This document shows positions 23,867 to 33,627 of a stretch of DNA of 64,000 bases, piece by piece; position 1 is the first letter of the stretch, and the number at the start of each line of letters is the position of its first letter. The position numbers and the translations under genes were made by a program. The notes under the pieces were generated by a model. That model was not told the DNA's origin. It ran no database searches and was given only the letters and a program-made list of their open reading frames with translations. This DNA is from a virus: IMG/VR virus record IMGVR_UViG_3300021400_000072; one strand, given 5' to 3'.

Positions 23867-24855
23867 TTATTGTCTATCTTTAAATAATTCTTTTAAATCA
23901 AAAACGATTAAAGATAACTGTTCTGTTTGGTCTCTTGTAATATTAGCAATCTTTTTACCTTTACCTAAATATTTGTCGGTAATTTCAGTAATATAAGGTG
24001 CATAATGTATTTCTTCTTCTTTTGATAGAGATGATAAAAGGTCACGACATTGTGCATAAAGATCGTCAAAGTTAACTTCTGTAGAATAAATACTAACATT
24101 TCTTTCATTAGTAACAAATTCTTTCCCAGTATATTTAGCTTCTTCATCTATTGCTTTATTTAAACCATCAACAAGAGCATCATAAGAAAAATTAACTTCT
24201 GACTACATATATTTAAAACGAGATCCACAATCAATTGTACCGTCAAGAGAACGTAAAGTTAGAACTCTTCTAGGCTCACCATCTCTAATTGTAAGATGCG
24301 CATAACCATAAATATCAACCATATCCTTGATAATTAAATTATAACTATTACCAAGAGTAGGAACAATTTGATTATATTCTGTTCCATCTTGTCTTTTAAA
24401 AGTTTTATCTTTATCGTGAGAAATAAAAAGTACAGCATATCCCATTTGAGTTACTTCTCTAAAAGTATCTTCTAACTATCGTTTTACTCTTGACCAACCT
24501 TGACCATAAGGAATTTGATTAAGAGTATCAACGCCTGCTTGTGAAATAATATATTTCTAACAGGCGGCAGCTGCTATGTCAATTGTATCTACAATAATAG
24601 AATGGAATAAATCTTTTACTTCTGGCTTTTTTAAATCTCGTAGAATTATTTTCATATCTGCCCAGGTTGTAACGTCCTGTGCATATACATTTGGTAAGGC
24701 ATTATAACCTTTCTAGAAAGCTAAAATAAGAGCACCTGGCATTTGACTTCCAAATGTTGTTTTACCAATTTTACCAGGGCCGTATATATAAGTAATATAA
24801 CCACTTAAATCTCTACTGACTTTATGTGGTTGAAGTTTTGTTAAATCAATCATGT
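23867..24855 (-). CDS. AAA_24 / Sak4-like RecA-fold ATPase (about 329 aa); 5 in-frame TAG
   Basis: Walker A GPGKIGKTT. ORF-track 24203.. is an internal piece. Confidence 0.65.
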
Positions 24856-24940
24856 TTTCTCCTTTACTATTTTCTTATTTCATACTCACAGTAAACACAA
24901 ATAACATAGGGAAGGTATCCTCCCTATGTTATCATTTTTA

Positions 24941-25935
24941 TTACCAGTTAGGCATACCGCCAAAATTAAAAGTTCCTTGAGGGATATTTCCCATTGTATT
25001 AGGTGTAGGCATTGCCTGAGGAGTAGGAGCTGCCGCCCCAGCATTTCTCTGTGCATAATATGCTTTTGCGTTAGCCTTAACTTCTTCCAAATGAATATTT
25101 CTATCAGTAAGAGCCTTATTTAATTCATCTTTTGTGATTGTTTCTGCAATATCAAAAACATAAGGCTGAGGCTGTGCCCATGTAATAACCCATTCTCTTT
25201 CTTGACGAATAGAAGAATCAACAATTGTTCCACCGAAAGCATTTTCCATTACTTTATCAATCTTAACAGTAGTATTGATAATTTCTCCCATAACCTTAGT
25301 ATAAACAGGATTACTTGCAGAAGCATTAAGACCAATAAAATAATTTACAGAACCAGGTGCTTTAGAATCTTTTGCAATTAAAACAACAGGTAAAATTGCA
25401 TTTTTAAAATCAAATACATATGCTTTAATTCTAACGAAATCTTCTGGAATATTATGGTCAGGATCCGCAGGAACTACAGTAGTATCATAAATGATAGTAT
25501 CAAAAGTAAATTTATTTCTTGCGTTTTCAACAGGATTTAAATCAGAAATAAAAGTTACAAAACCACCTTCACTTCTTTGCTGTGTTACAAGCTGGTCTCC
25601 GCCCTTAGGATAAAAATCATTAAGTGCAAGAGAAGGTTCTACTCTTAATTTCTGAGCGGCATCTTTACCAACATTAGTCCAAGTTTTTCCGCTTTCAATA
25701 ATCTGTTTTAAATTAACAAATGTACTATTGATAGCATTTGAATTTGTAAATTCTTTTACAAAGGTATAATGTACCGGAATTACATTTAAACCTTCTTCAT
25801 CTGTAGCAATAAAGATTTCTCCTGAAATAAAATCAATACCATAATTAGGTGAATTTTTATTAGTTACTTTCTTCATTACAAGTTTGTGGTCAAAAAGTCT
25901 TCCTTCAATTTTCTAAGCATTAATATTTTTTCTCA
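24941..25935 (-). CDS. Hypothetical protein (about 331 aa), possibly ssDNA-binding; 1 in-frame TAG
   Basis: ORF 24941..25876 extends upstream through one TAG to ATG MRKNINA-Q-KIEGRLFDHKL. The function call is weak. Confidence 0.35.
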
Positions 25936-25984
25936 TGTTTTTCTCCTAATAATTATTTTTTCATATTTATTATTTTCTTTTACT

Positions 25985-26012
25985 TTATATTAATATTATA
26001 TAATAAATTTTT
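25985..26012 (-). promoter_or_regulatory. Conserved promoter-like motif (copy 1)
   Basis: TAATATTATATAATAAATTTTT is shared with 44250-44290. The minus strand contains TATAAT. Confidence 0.35.
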
Positions 26013-26025
26013 ATAAAAATCAAAT

Positions 26026-26688
26026 TTACTGATTAAACAAAATTAATTCTTCGGCATAAGGTAAAGTTTTCACCCAATTACAAAAGTCTTGACTCCATTC
26101 TGTAAGTTTATGATTTTTACGTTGTCCATACATATTTCGTAAAGTTTCATAATTAGCTGTCCAAGTTCTTTTTTGCAACCATCCCTCTGGAAGCCAACGG
26201 ATAAGTTCTTTCCAATATCTTTTATTTTTTGTTTCAAGATAACGTTTTCTAAGAGTTTCACATATATCAATGATATAATCTACACAATCTTCTATAGTAT
26301 CATCAATAGTATATGGTTCACCCTCAAAAAGAATTAAGTCTGAACTAAAGTCTCCCATTTCAAAACAATCTTTAGTAATAGGAGTACTAGCTAATTTATG
26401 CATGGTTGATGTTGAATTAGCAACCGTTGCTACTTTATAAGTATCAGCTTCCTTCCACCAATATAACGGTGCAGTTATATCAACAGAGACAAAGATTTGA
26501 CGAAGAAATTTTCTATCACTTGCGCCAGCTTTAATCATACGTTGCGCTAAATCTAAATCTTTTGGACCTATTTGCTCTGGAGAACCAGGAATATATACAC
26601 TGTCACTTTTTGCCCAACTTTCAAGAGGATTACGTAATCCTCTTAATGCACCTTCGAAATTCATTACTTTAGTATTCTAAAATTTCAT
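26026..26688 (-). CDS. Hypothetical protein (about 220 aa); 1 in-frame TAG near the N-terminus
   Basis: MKF-Q-NTKVMNFEGALRGLRNP... Start overlaps the GIY-YIG stop (TAATG). Confidence 0.4.
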
Positions 26689-27023
26689 TATTTATTACCT
26701 TTCGTTACATTTAAACCAACTTTGTTTGATTGATACATCTAAATCCAAAACCGTTCTTTTTCATTTAACTTATCACGAGTACATTTCTAAAGAATTTCAA
26801 AAGTAAAATTCCATACTCCATATTTTTGCATATTATTATAAAGTTTATTCGTTGCGGAAGCATCTATACCAAGACCACATTTTACATGCTGTTTCCATCT
26901 ATCGGCAATATTTACACTTTGTCCAATGTAAATATCTCCAGTTTGTTTATTAGTAATTTTATAGATTCCACAAACTGATCCAGAACCTAATACACGATTG
27001 CATAAATCAGTAGTAGGTTTCAT
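26689..27023 (-). CDS. GIY-YIG homing endonuclease catalytic domain (about 111 aa from the ATG at 27023); 2 in-frame TAG
   Basis: SVCGIYKITNKQTGDIYIGQSVNIADRWKQH...EKERFWI. Confidence 0.85.
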
Positions 27024-27029
27024 TATAAA

Positions 27030-27644
27030 AGTAGACCAAATGACTTTAGAAACAATAGAAGGGTCATTAAGTTCCTTTTTCCATTCTTGAAGATGTGTAA
27101 TATCGTTAATCTATTTTTCAGATATTTTTATACGATAAAAAGATATTTTATCCTATTCTTCTTGCTACCTAAGACGTGCGGCGGTCGCAGCCTAATATAC
27201 AGATTTAAGCTAGGCCAAACTCGATTGAATCTAATTCCGCTATCTCTATATTTTACCTATCTATTGATATAATTGAGATTTCATTTCTATCTACTCTTGA
27301 CGAATAGACTAATGAAAGTCCTAACGATGTTTTATTCGTTGTTCTTCATAGTTTTGCTCTATTTGCTATAGTTCGTCTTGACGAGTTTTTTTTCTAGTGT
27401 CTAATATAGTTTGTTCCTATTGTTGTAATTGTTTCAACTATAAAAGTTTATTTTGTTTATTAATAATCTACTGATTTAAATTAGATATTTTAATCTATTT
27501 GCTTCTTATCTATATTTTTATATTCTATTTTTCTTTTTCTAATGTTATTTCTTGCTATTTTAATTGCCGCACCTTATTAAATAAATAATAAGCAAATATA
27601 AGCACTATAAAAAAGAAAATTATTAAAACTGCTCGTCCTATCAT
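27030..27644 (-). CDS. Membrane-anchored Gln/Lys-rich coiled-coil protein with 22 in-frame TAG; in frame with the downstream GIY-YIG domain, with no TAA/TGA between them
   Basis: Hand translation: MIGRAVLIIFFFIVLIFAYYLF (TM helix), then QLKQ QEITLEKEKQ NIKIQ IRSKQ...; frame is open from 27644 to 26689. Confidence 0.5.
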
Positions 27645-27653
27645 TATATTAAA

Positions 27654-27683
27654 GAACGGGTTAAGTATAAAAACTTAACCCGT
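27654..27683 (-). terminator. Perfect 12-bp hairpin, 10 nt upstream of the ATG at 27644
   Basis: aacgggttaagt ttttat acttaacccgtt. Confidence 0.5.
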
Positions 27684-27692
27684 TATAAGAAA

Positions 27693-28007
27693 AATTATTC
27701 GTCTGTTTCTGGGTCAAAGTTGCGGCCGGACTCAGTTAATTTAACAAACTTAACAGACTCATGCTTAATACTACCATCTTTATTTTCAATTTGAAGTTCA
27801 CCTTCAACTCTTGTAGCAAGCGGGTCTTTTACTTTTTCATCTCCTACTGTCTTAGTATGTCTTGAAAAAGCACCTGTGATAATACCATTTACTTGGCGAG
27901 GATCAAGATTAAGTGCTGCCGCAATATCTTTTGCGGTAATATCTTCTTCCTAATGTGCCTTAATGTAGTCAAATACTGCTTTTGTGTTTTCTTTAAATTT
28001 TGCCATT
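27693..28007 (-). CDS. Hypothetical protein (about 104 aa); 1 in-frame TAG
   Basis: MAKFKENTKAVFDYIKAH-Q-EEDITAKDIAAALNLDPRQVNGIITGAF... Confidence 0.4.
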
Positions 28008-28078
28008 TGTTTTTTCTCCTTATTTTAAAAAAATTAAATTATTTATATTTATAATTAATTATATACTTAATATAATTA

Positions 28079-28258
28079 TTATATTCCGTTTGAATATTTT
28101 TGAATAATGTCATTTATTTCTAACATCTCGGGAAGAGATAAAGAAGAATAAAGTTGCATTATTTTTATCTTTGTTTTAGTTGAATTTGTTTTAACAAGCT
28201 ACTTTTTTAAAGTATAAATTTCACTTGCTAACTTTTGAAGCTATTCTTTATTTTTCAT
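28079..28258 (-). CDS. Small protein (about 59 aa); 2 in-frame TAG
   Basis: MKNKE-Q-LQKLASEIYTLKK-Q-LVKTNST... Confidence 0.3.
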
Positions 28259-28280
28259 AATTTATTATACCAAAAATTTT

Positions 28281-30317
28281 TCAATTAATCAAGTCAATAA
28301 GTTGCTTTTCTGTAATAATCGGGATGTTCAATTCTTTCGCCGTTTTGTTTTTACTAGAAGTAGAATTAGCATCATTGTTTACGAGATAGTTGGTTTTTTT
28401 AGATACCGATCCCGTAACTTTTCCGCCATTACTTTCGATAAAATCTTTTAATTCATTTCTATTTTTAAATTCAATAGTTTTACCCGTAATTACAAAGATT
28501 TTATCTTTAAATTTTTTATCTTTATCTTTATCTTCTTCTGGAACTGAAGATATGATTTCAATTATATGGTTATCAAAAATATTATCAGCTTCGCTATAAT
28601 CAAAAGTAGTAAGAGTCTTTATCATAACATCACCGATGCCTTTAATATTATAAAGTCTATCATCTTCATCTGGGAAATCAACAGCATGTCTAAATCCATT
28701 ATATGTATGGTATACTTTAATTAAATCTTCTGAAGCTACCTTGCCTATCTGCGGAATACCAATTGCCGCAATAAATTTAGATGCTGTACAACAACTACCA
28801 CTATCTATTGCTGATAATATTTTATCAACGGAAGCTATACCGAAGCCCTCTTTTTCAATCCATTCATTACGATGCTCTTGTAATTTAAAAATATCTTCTA
28901 AAGAATTAATCCATCCCCAATCAATAAGTTTTTCAAGAGTTTTTTTAGATAATCCTTTTATATCAAGCCCTTTTTTACCACAGAAATGGTCAAGGCGATT
29001 AATTAATTTACCGCTACAAAGAGGGTTTTCACAATACGCTCTTTCTACACCATTTTCTTCTTTAAAAGATATTTCTCCATGACAAATAGGGCAGAACTCT
29101 GGAGAATCATTTGCGGAAACTCCTCCTTTAGAAATAACTTCTCCGTAATTATATTTAGGCCCTGCGGAATAAATTTGAGGAATTATCATATTGCTTTTAA
29201 ATACTTCAAGAGGTTCACCTACATAGGCGCAATCTCCCAAAGTTTCTCGCATAACACTAACATTATGAAGAGAAGCACGAGAAACTTCCGCGCCATCTAT
29301 TTCAATAGGGTCAAATACTGCTACTGGAGTTAGAACTCCTGTTCTTCCCATTGTCCAGTCAATATAACGGAGACGAGTTGGATATGTTTCATCGTAAAAT
29401 TTATAAGCGATACCGCCTTTAAAGTGATGATCGGTACGACCTGCCGCTTCATATTCAGCAATATTATCATATTTAAAAACAATTCCATCAATAGGATAAT
29501 ATCTATCTGTAGATTTGCCTTTTATGATATATATAGCATTATTAAGAGAAAGATTACTAACATTTTCTTCTCCAGAAAAAGTTGCATCCCAAGGGACTAC
29601 AGTAAAACCTAAAGGATTTAATAATCTTAATTTCGTAGATAGCTTTTCAATAGGAAACCCATCAGATATATTATATTTAGTATTATTAAAAAAACAATCC
29701 CAAGCTACAAAAGTAAGATGTCTATTTTTACATTCTTTAGAATCAAGAAGTCTTATACTCCCGCTTGCAAAATTACGAGGATTTTTAAAGAACTTTTGAA
29801 AAGGTTCAAAATCTTTTTTTGTGCAAATGATTTCTCCATCAACAATAAGTTCTTCTCCATCATTTTCACAATGAATATGTTTAGGAATAGAAGGAATTAC
29901 CATAGCGTTATGAGTAATATCTTCTCCAATCACACCATTTCCTCTTGTTTCTGCGGAAACTAATTCTCCATTAACATATCGTAAAGAACAAGTAAGACCA
30001 TCCATTTTAGCCATAGCTATCCAATTTTTATTACCAAGAAATTCTTTAATATCTTCTATATCTTTTGTTTTTTGAAGAGAAAGCATAGGATGATTATGAG
30101 TTACCTTTTTTAAATTGTTAATAATATTATAATGAATTGTTTGAGTAGGAGAATCGGGATAAATAAGACCAGTTGCTTCTTCAAGATGTTCTAACTTATA
30201 GTACATTATATCCCATTCCATATCAGTAAGATATGGTTTTCCTTTTTCATAGGCTTCTGTTGCTTGATTTAATTTATCTATAAAAGTTCTTATATCTTTT
30301 GAATTATTTATCATCAT
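28281..30317 (-). CDS. ligA: NAD-dependent DNA ligase LigA, 678 aa; no TAG
   Basis: AKMDGLTCSLRY adenylation lysine motif, CPICHGE...CENPLCSGK zinc finger, C-terminal BRCT-like region. Confidence 0.9.
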   Translation of the reverse strand: MMINNSKDIRTFIDKLNQATEAYEKGKPYLTDMEWDIMYYKLEHLEEATGLIYPDSPTQTIHYNIINNLKKVTHNHPMLSLQKTKDIEDIKEFLGNKNWIAMAKMDGLTCSLRYVNGELVSAETRGNGVIGEDITHNAMVIPSIPKHIHCENDGEELIVDGEIICTKKDFEPFQKFFKNPRNFASGSIRLLDSKECKNRHLTFVAWDCFFNNTKYNISDGFPIEKLSTKLRLLNPLGFTVVPWDATFSGEENVSNLSLNNAIYIIKGKSTDRYYPIDGIVFKYDNIAEYEAAGRTDHHFKGGIAYKFYDETYPTRLRYIDWTMGRTGVLTPVAVFDPIEIDGAEVSRASLHNVSVMRETLGDCAYVGEPLEVFKSNMIIPQIYSAGPKYNYGEVISKGGVSANDSPEFCPICHGEISFKEENGVERAYCENPLCSGKLINRLDHFCGKKGLDIKGLSKKTLEKLIDWGWINSLEDIFKLQEHRNEWIEKEGFGIASVDKILSAIDSGSCCTASKFIAAIGIPQIGKVASEDLIKVYHTYNGFRHAVDFPDEDDRLYNIKGIGDVMIKTLTTFDYSEADNIFDNHIIEIISSVPEEDKDKDKKFKDKIFVITGKTIEFKNRNELKDFIESNGGKVTGSVSKKTNYLVNNDANSTSSKNKTAKELNIPIITEKQLIDLIN

Positions 30318-30514
30318 GCTTCATAATCCTCATAATCTCTACTAACAGATTCTCCACAAAAAGGACAAATAGCTGTAATATATGGTTCATTTCTCCAATT
30401 GTGGTATGTATAAGAAGAATCATCTGCTTCAAAAATACAGTTACATTTAGAGCAAATAAAACGTTTTGTTTTATTAAGTTTTTTTAAGCTACCATCTTTG
30501 ATAATTTTAATCAT
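30314..30514 (-). CDS. Zinc-ribbon protein, 66 aa
   Basis: CSKCNC...CPFCG. Confidence 0.4.
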   Translation of the reverse strand: MIKIIKDGSLKKLNKTKRFICSKCNCIFEADDSSYTYHNWRNEPYITAICPFCGESVSRDYEDYEA

Positions 30515-32856
30515 AATACAATTACGGATTGAACCGTACTCCTTTCTATAATTTTTGTACCATAACCAAATTTAGTTTGTTCAGATAGTTCTTGGACAGT
30601 AGTACAAATAGAATTAGGTTTGCCTACAACTAAAAGAGAATCTTCTTTAGTTAAAGGAACAATAGAAGTAACATAATCTTTTTCTTCTAAAGGAATAATA
30701 TTGTTTCCTCTACCATTACGTTTTTGAATAGTAAAATTATTTATATCCATTTTTTTGCTATTTCCGTTATGAGTAAAGATTCCAAGGTATTTAATATCTT
30801 TAGAAACATAGAAAGCGGAAACCACTTCATCGTTTTCTTTCAAAGCGATGCCTTTTACTCCACAGGTTAATTTACCAATTGGATTAATATCATCTGATGG
30901 AACTTTTATAACATTACCAAATTTAGTTCCGATAATAATATTTTCCTCGTTCATAAAAGTAACGGATAATAATTCATCATCATCTTTGATTTTGATAGCT
31001 TGAATACCCGTTTTCTTTTTTGCTTTAGTATATTCTTCTATTTCTGTCTTTTTAATTAAACCATTTTTAGTAAAGAAAACTACATAATCCGCAGGTTTTT
31101 CTCCAGAAATAGCCGTAGCAGTTTGGAACATTTCATTATCAGCAAAAGGAAGAAGTAAATGTAAATTAGTTCCTCTTGAAGCATTTGTCCCTTCGGGAAT
31201 TTTATCTACTGCTAATTTATACATTTTACCTTTTGATGTAAATATCATTAAATCATCAAGAGTATTAGTAGATATAGTTGTTTTGATTGCGGCATCCATA
31301 GTTTTTACACCTTTACCGTTTCTTTTTTGTATTCTAAAACTCTTTTTAGGAATACGTTTAATATCTCCAGTATGGGTAATAATAACTACGACATCTTCAG
31401 GAGTTATATCAATTTTTTCTTTTTCTTCTTTTACATCGTCAATTTGAGTTAATTCTGTACGACGTTTATCTCCATATTTTTTAACTAATTCCGCCAAACG
31501 AACTTTTAATAATTCTATTTGTTCTTCTCTACTATTGATAAGGTTTTCCCATTTTTGAATATTATGAACTAACTCGTCTCGCTCTTTTTCTAATTCTACC
31601 CCTTCTAACTTTGCTAAACTTGAAAGTCGCATAGCAAGAATGGCTTTTGCTTGGTTTTCGGTAAAACTCCACTTTTCAATAAGTAAAACTTTTGCCACGG
31701 CTCCAGATTCACTTTGTTTGATAAGAGCAATGATTTCGTCAATATGGACAATAGCTCTAAGTAAACCATCAACAATCTCCTTTCTTAATTTAGCTTTTTC
31801 TAAATCAAATTGAGTTTCTTTAACGATACATTCGAGATTATGGTCTACATAGATTTTTATGGCATCCCGCAAGTTTAATTCAGTAGGAGTTTTATCTACT
31901 AAAGCTACCTGATTATAACTAAATGAAGTCTGAAAATTAGTTTTTGCATAAATCTGTTTTGCAATTCCATCAGGTGAAAATCCTTTTTGACAAGTTATAA
32001 CAATTCTAATTTCTTTAGAACTTTCATCGTGTATATCATGGATACCTTTTATTTCTTCCTTATCACAAATTTCGCCAAGTTCTGTAATTAACCCTTCTAT
32101 TGTAGTTCCATATGGGATTTCATAAAAGATAATCTTATTTTTATTTTTACCTTCTACTTTATAACGTGCTCTAATTTTTACTGAACCATGTCCTGTTTCC
32201 ATAATTTTAGGGATGTCATTTTTATTAATGATTAATCCGCCGGTAGGAAAATCAGGACCGGGCAAAGAAACAATATCTCCATTTAAATAATCATTGATGG
32301 CTTTTGCGACATCGTTAAGATTATGAGGGGCCCAATTACAGGCCATAGCGACACCGATTCCTGTATTTGGGTTACAAAGAAGATTAGGAAAGGCAGAAGG
32401 GAGAGTAATAGGCTCTTCAAGAGTTTCATCATAATTTGGAATAAAGTTAACATTCTTCTTTTTAATTCCATTTAACATACCTTCTTCTGCAATTTTACTA
32501 AGGCGTGCTTCAGTATAACGTGCGGCCGCAGGTCCATCCCCTGCAATGTTACCGTTATTACCATGCCAATCTATAAGAGGATAACGCATAACCCACGGTT
32601 GAGACAATCTAACCATTGCTCCGTAGATTGAACTGTCACCGTGAGGGTGGTATTTGCCCATAACGTCACCGACAATTCTTGCCGCTTTAACGTGAGGCTT
32701 TGAGGAAGTCCGCCCTTCTTCAAATGCTGACCAGAGAATACGTTTTGCTACAGGTTTTAAGCCAGATTTAGCATCAGGAATTGCTCTGTCGGTATTTACA
32801 GCTACCGCATATTCTATAAAGTTTGTACTTAATTCTTTTGTTAAATCATTCTGCAT
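30511..32856 (-). CDS. Type II topoisomerase A subunit (GyrA/ParC-like), 781 aa; no TAG
   Basis: YHPHGDSSIYGAMVRLSQPWVMRYPLIDWHGNNGNIAGDGPAAARYTEARL matches the GyrA signature including the catalytic Tyr region. Confidence 0.9.
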   Translation of the reverse strand: MQNDLTKELSTNFIEYAVAVNTDRAIPDAKSGLKPVAKRILWSAFEEGRTSSKPHVKAARIVGDVMGKYHPHGDSSIYGAMVRLSQPWVMRYPLIDWHGNNGNIAGDGPAAARYTEARLSKIAEEGMLNGIKKKNVNFIPNYDETLEEPITLPSAFPNLLCNPNTGIGVAMACNWAPHNLNDVAKAINDYLNGDIVSLPGPDFPTGGLIINKNDIPKIMETGHGSVKIRARYKVEGKNKNKIIFYEIPYGTTIEGLITELGEICDKEEIKGIHDIHDESSKEIRIVITCQKGFSPDGIAKQIYAKTNFQTSFSYNQVALVDKTPTELNLRDAIKIYVDHNLECIVKETQFDLEKAKLRKEIVDGLLRAIVHIDEIIALIKQSESGAVAKVLLIEKWSFTENQAKAILAMRLSSLAKLEGVELEKERDELVHNIQKWENLINSREEQIELLKVRLAELVKKYGDKRRTELTQIDDVKEEKEKIDITPEDVVVIITHTGDIKRIPKKSFRIQKRNGKGVKTMDAAIKTTISTNTLDDLMIFTSKGKMYKLAVDKIPEGTNASRGTNLHLLLPFADNEMFQTATAISGEKPADYVVFFTKNGLIKKTEIEEYTKAKKKTGIQAIKIKDDDELLSVTFMNEENIIIGTKFGNVIKVPSDDINPIGKLTCGVKGIALKENDEVVSAFYVSKDIKYLGIFTHNGNSKKMDINNFTIQKRNGRGNNIIPLEEKDYVTSIVPLTKEDSLLVVGKPNSICTTVQELSEQTKFGYGTKIIERSTVQSVIVL

Positions 32857-33098
32857 TTTTTATCGCCTTTTTTAATTCATTCTATGGTATTGGATGTATA
32901 TTACCTACCAAATTTATTTTATCTATTAAATCTTCAAAACTTTCTTCAAAATAATATAATTTTCTCATAATCTATTCTATAGCTTGAGGATTTAAATCTT
33001 CTACATAATCTCCCCAATTTCTATAAGTGCCTGTTTTATATTGACCTATATATAAAAAGTCTCCATACTGATTTATTTCAATTAGTCGATTATTCTAC
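32845..33098 (-). CDS. Small protein (about 84 aa); 3 in-frame TAG
   Basis: MQNNRLIEINQYGDFLYIGQYKTGTYRNWGDYVEDLNPQAIE-Q-IMRKLYYFEESFEDL... Stop overlaps the gyrA-like start. Confidence 0.35.
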
Positions 33099-33371
33099 AT
33101 CCTCTATTACCTCATATTCTACATCATCAATTCCGCCATAATCATCTACACGATAATCGTCTATAATTAAATCTAAATTAGGAAGAATTTCTTCTTCATA
33201 AATAAATTCTTTAGGATTTTTCTGAAGTCTTTCAAATTCTTCTGCCGTTAATTCTAAAACACCCTCTTTATGTCCATAACGAAGACGTCCTATTACATAT
33301 TCTAACGGAATATTAAACTTTACTTTTTTATTCTGCATTATGGGTAGTCTCCTTTCGTAATATTTTTCCAC
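33090..33371 (-). CDS. Hypothetical acidic protein, 93 aa
   Basis: Intact ORF. Confidence 0.35.
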   Translation of the reverse strand: MEKYYERRLPIMQNKKVKFNIPLEYVIGRLRYGHKEGVLELTAEEFERLQKNPKEFIYEEEILPNLDLIIDDYRVDDYGGIDDVEYEVIEDVE

Positions 33372-33627
33372 AAACAGGACAATATCTTATAGAAGGATAA
33401 GAATATGTACTATAAATAATTTTATCGTTTATATATCCATCATAAAACCATAACCAATATTTTTGAGATTTTATATCAAAAACTATTGTCGTTGTTCTAC
33501 CATTTTTTGGAATAAAATCTTTAGGAACTTTTTCTATATCTTCAATTTCTTCAATATTCTTACAAAAGCTACATGTAGATTGATTTAATTTTATCCAATC
33601 TTTTTCAGAAATTTTCTTACTCAGCAT
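33328..33627 (-). CDS. Zinc-ribbon protein, 99 aa
   Basis: CSFCK...CPVCG. Confidence 0.4.
   Translation of the reverse strand: MLSKKISEKDWIKLNQSTCSFCKNIEEIEDIEKVPKDFIPKNGRTTTIVFDIKSQKYWLWFYDGYINDKIIYSTYSYPSIRYCPVCGKILRKETTHNAE

Noticed and set aside
27160-27200. GC-rich island (gacgtgcggcggtcgcagcc) considered as a possible tRNA or suppressor tRNA.
   Set aside because: No acceptor, D or T-arm pairing could be drawn. It lies in frame inside the hyper-amber ORF, encoding ...AATAARLR...
27030-27644. Quasi-periodic CTA-rich region considered as a non-coding repeat or CRISPR-like array.
   Set aside because: There are no direct repeats of fixed length. The frame is open for about 316 codons with a TM helix and a heptad-like pattern, so it is coding.
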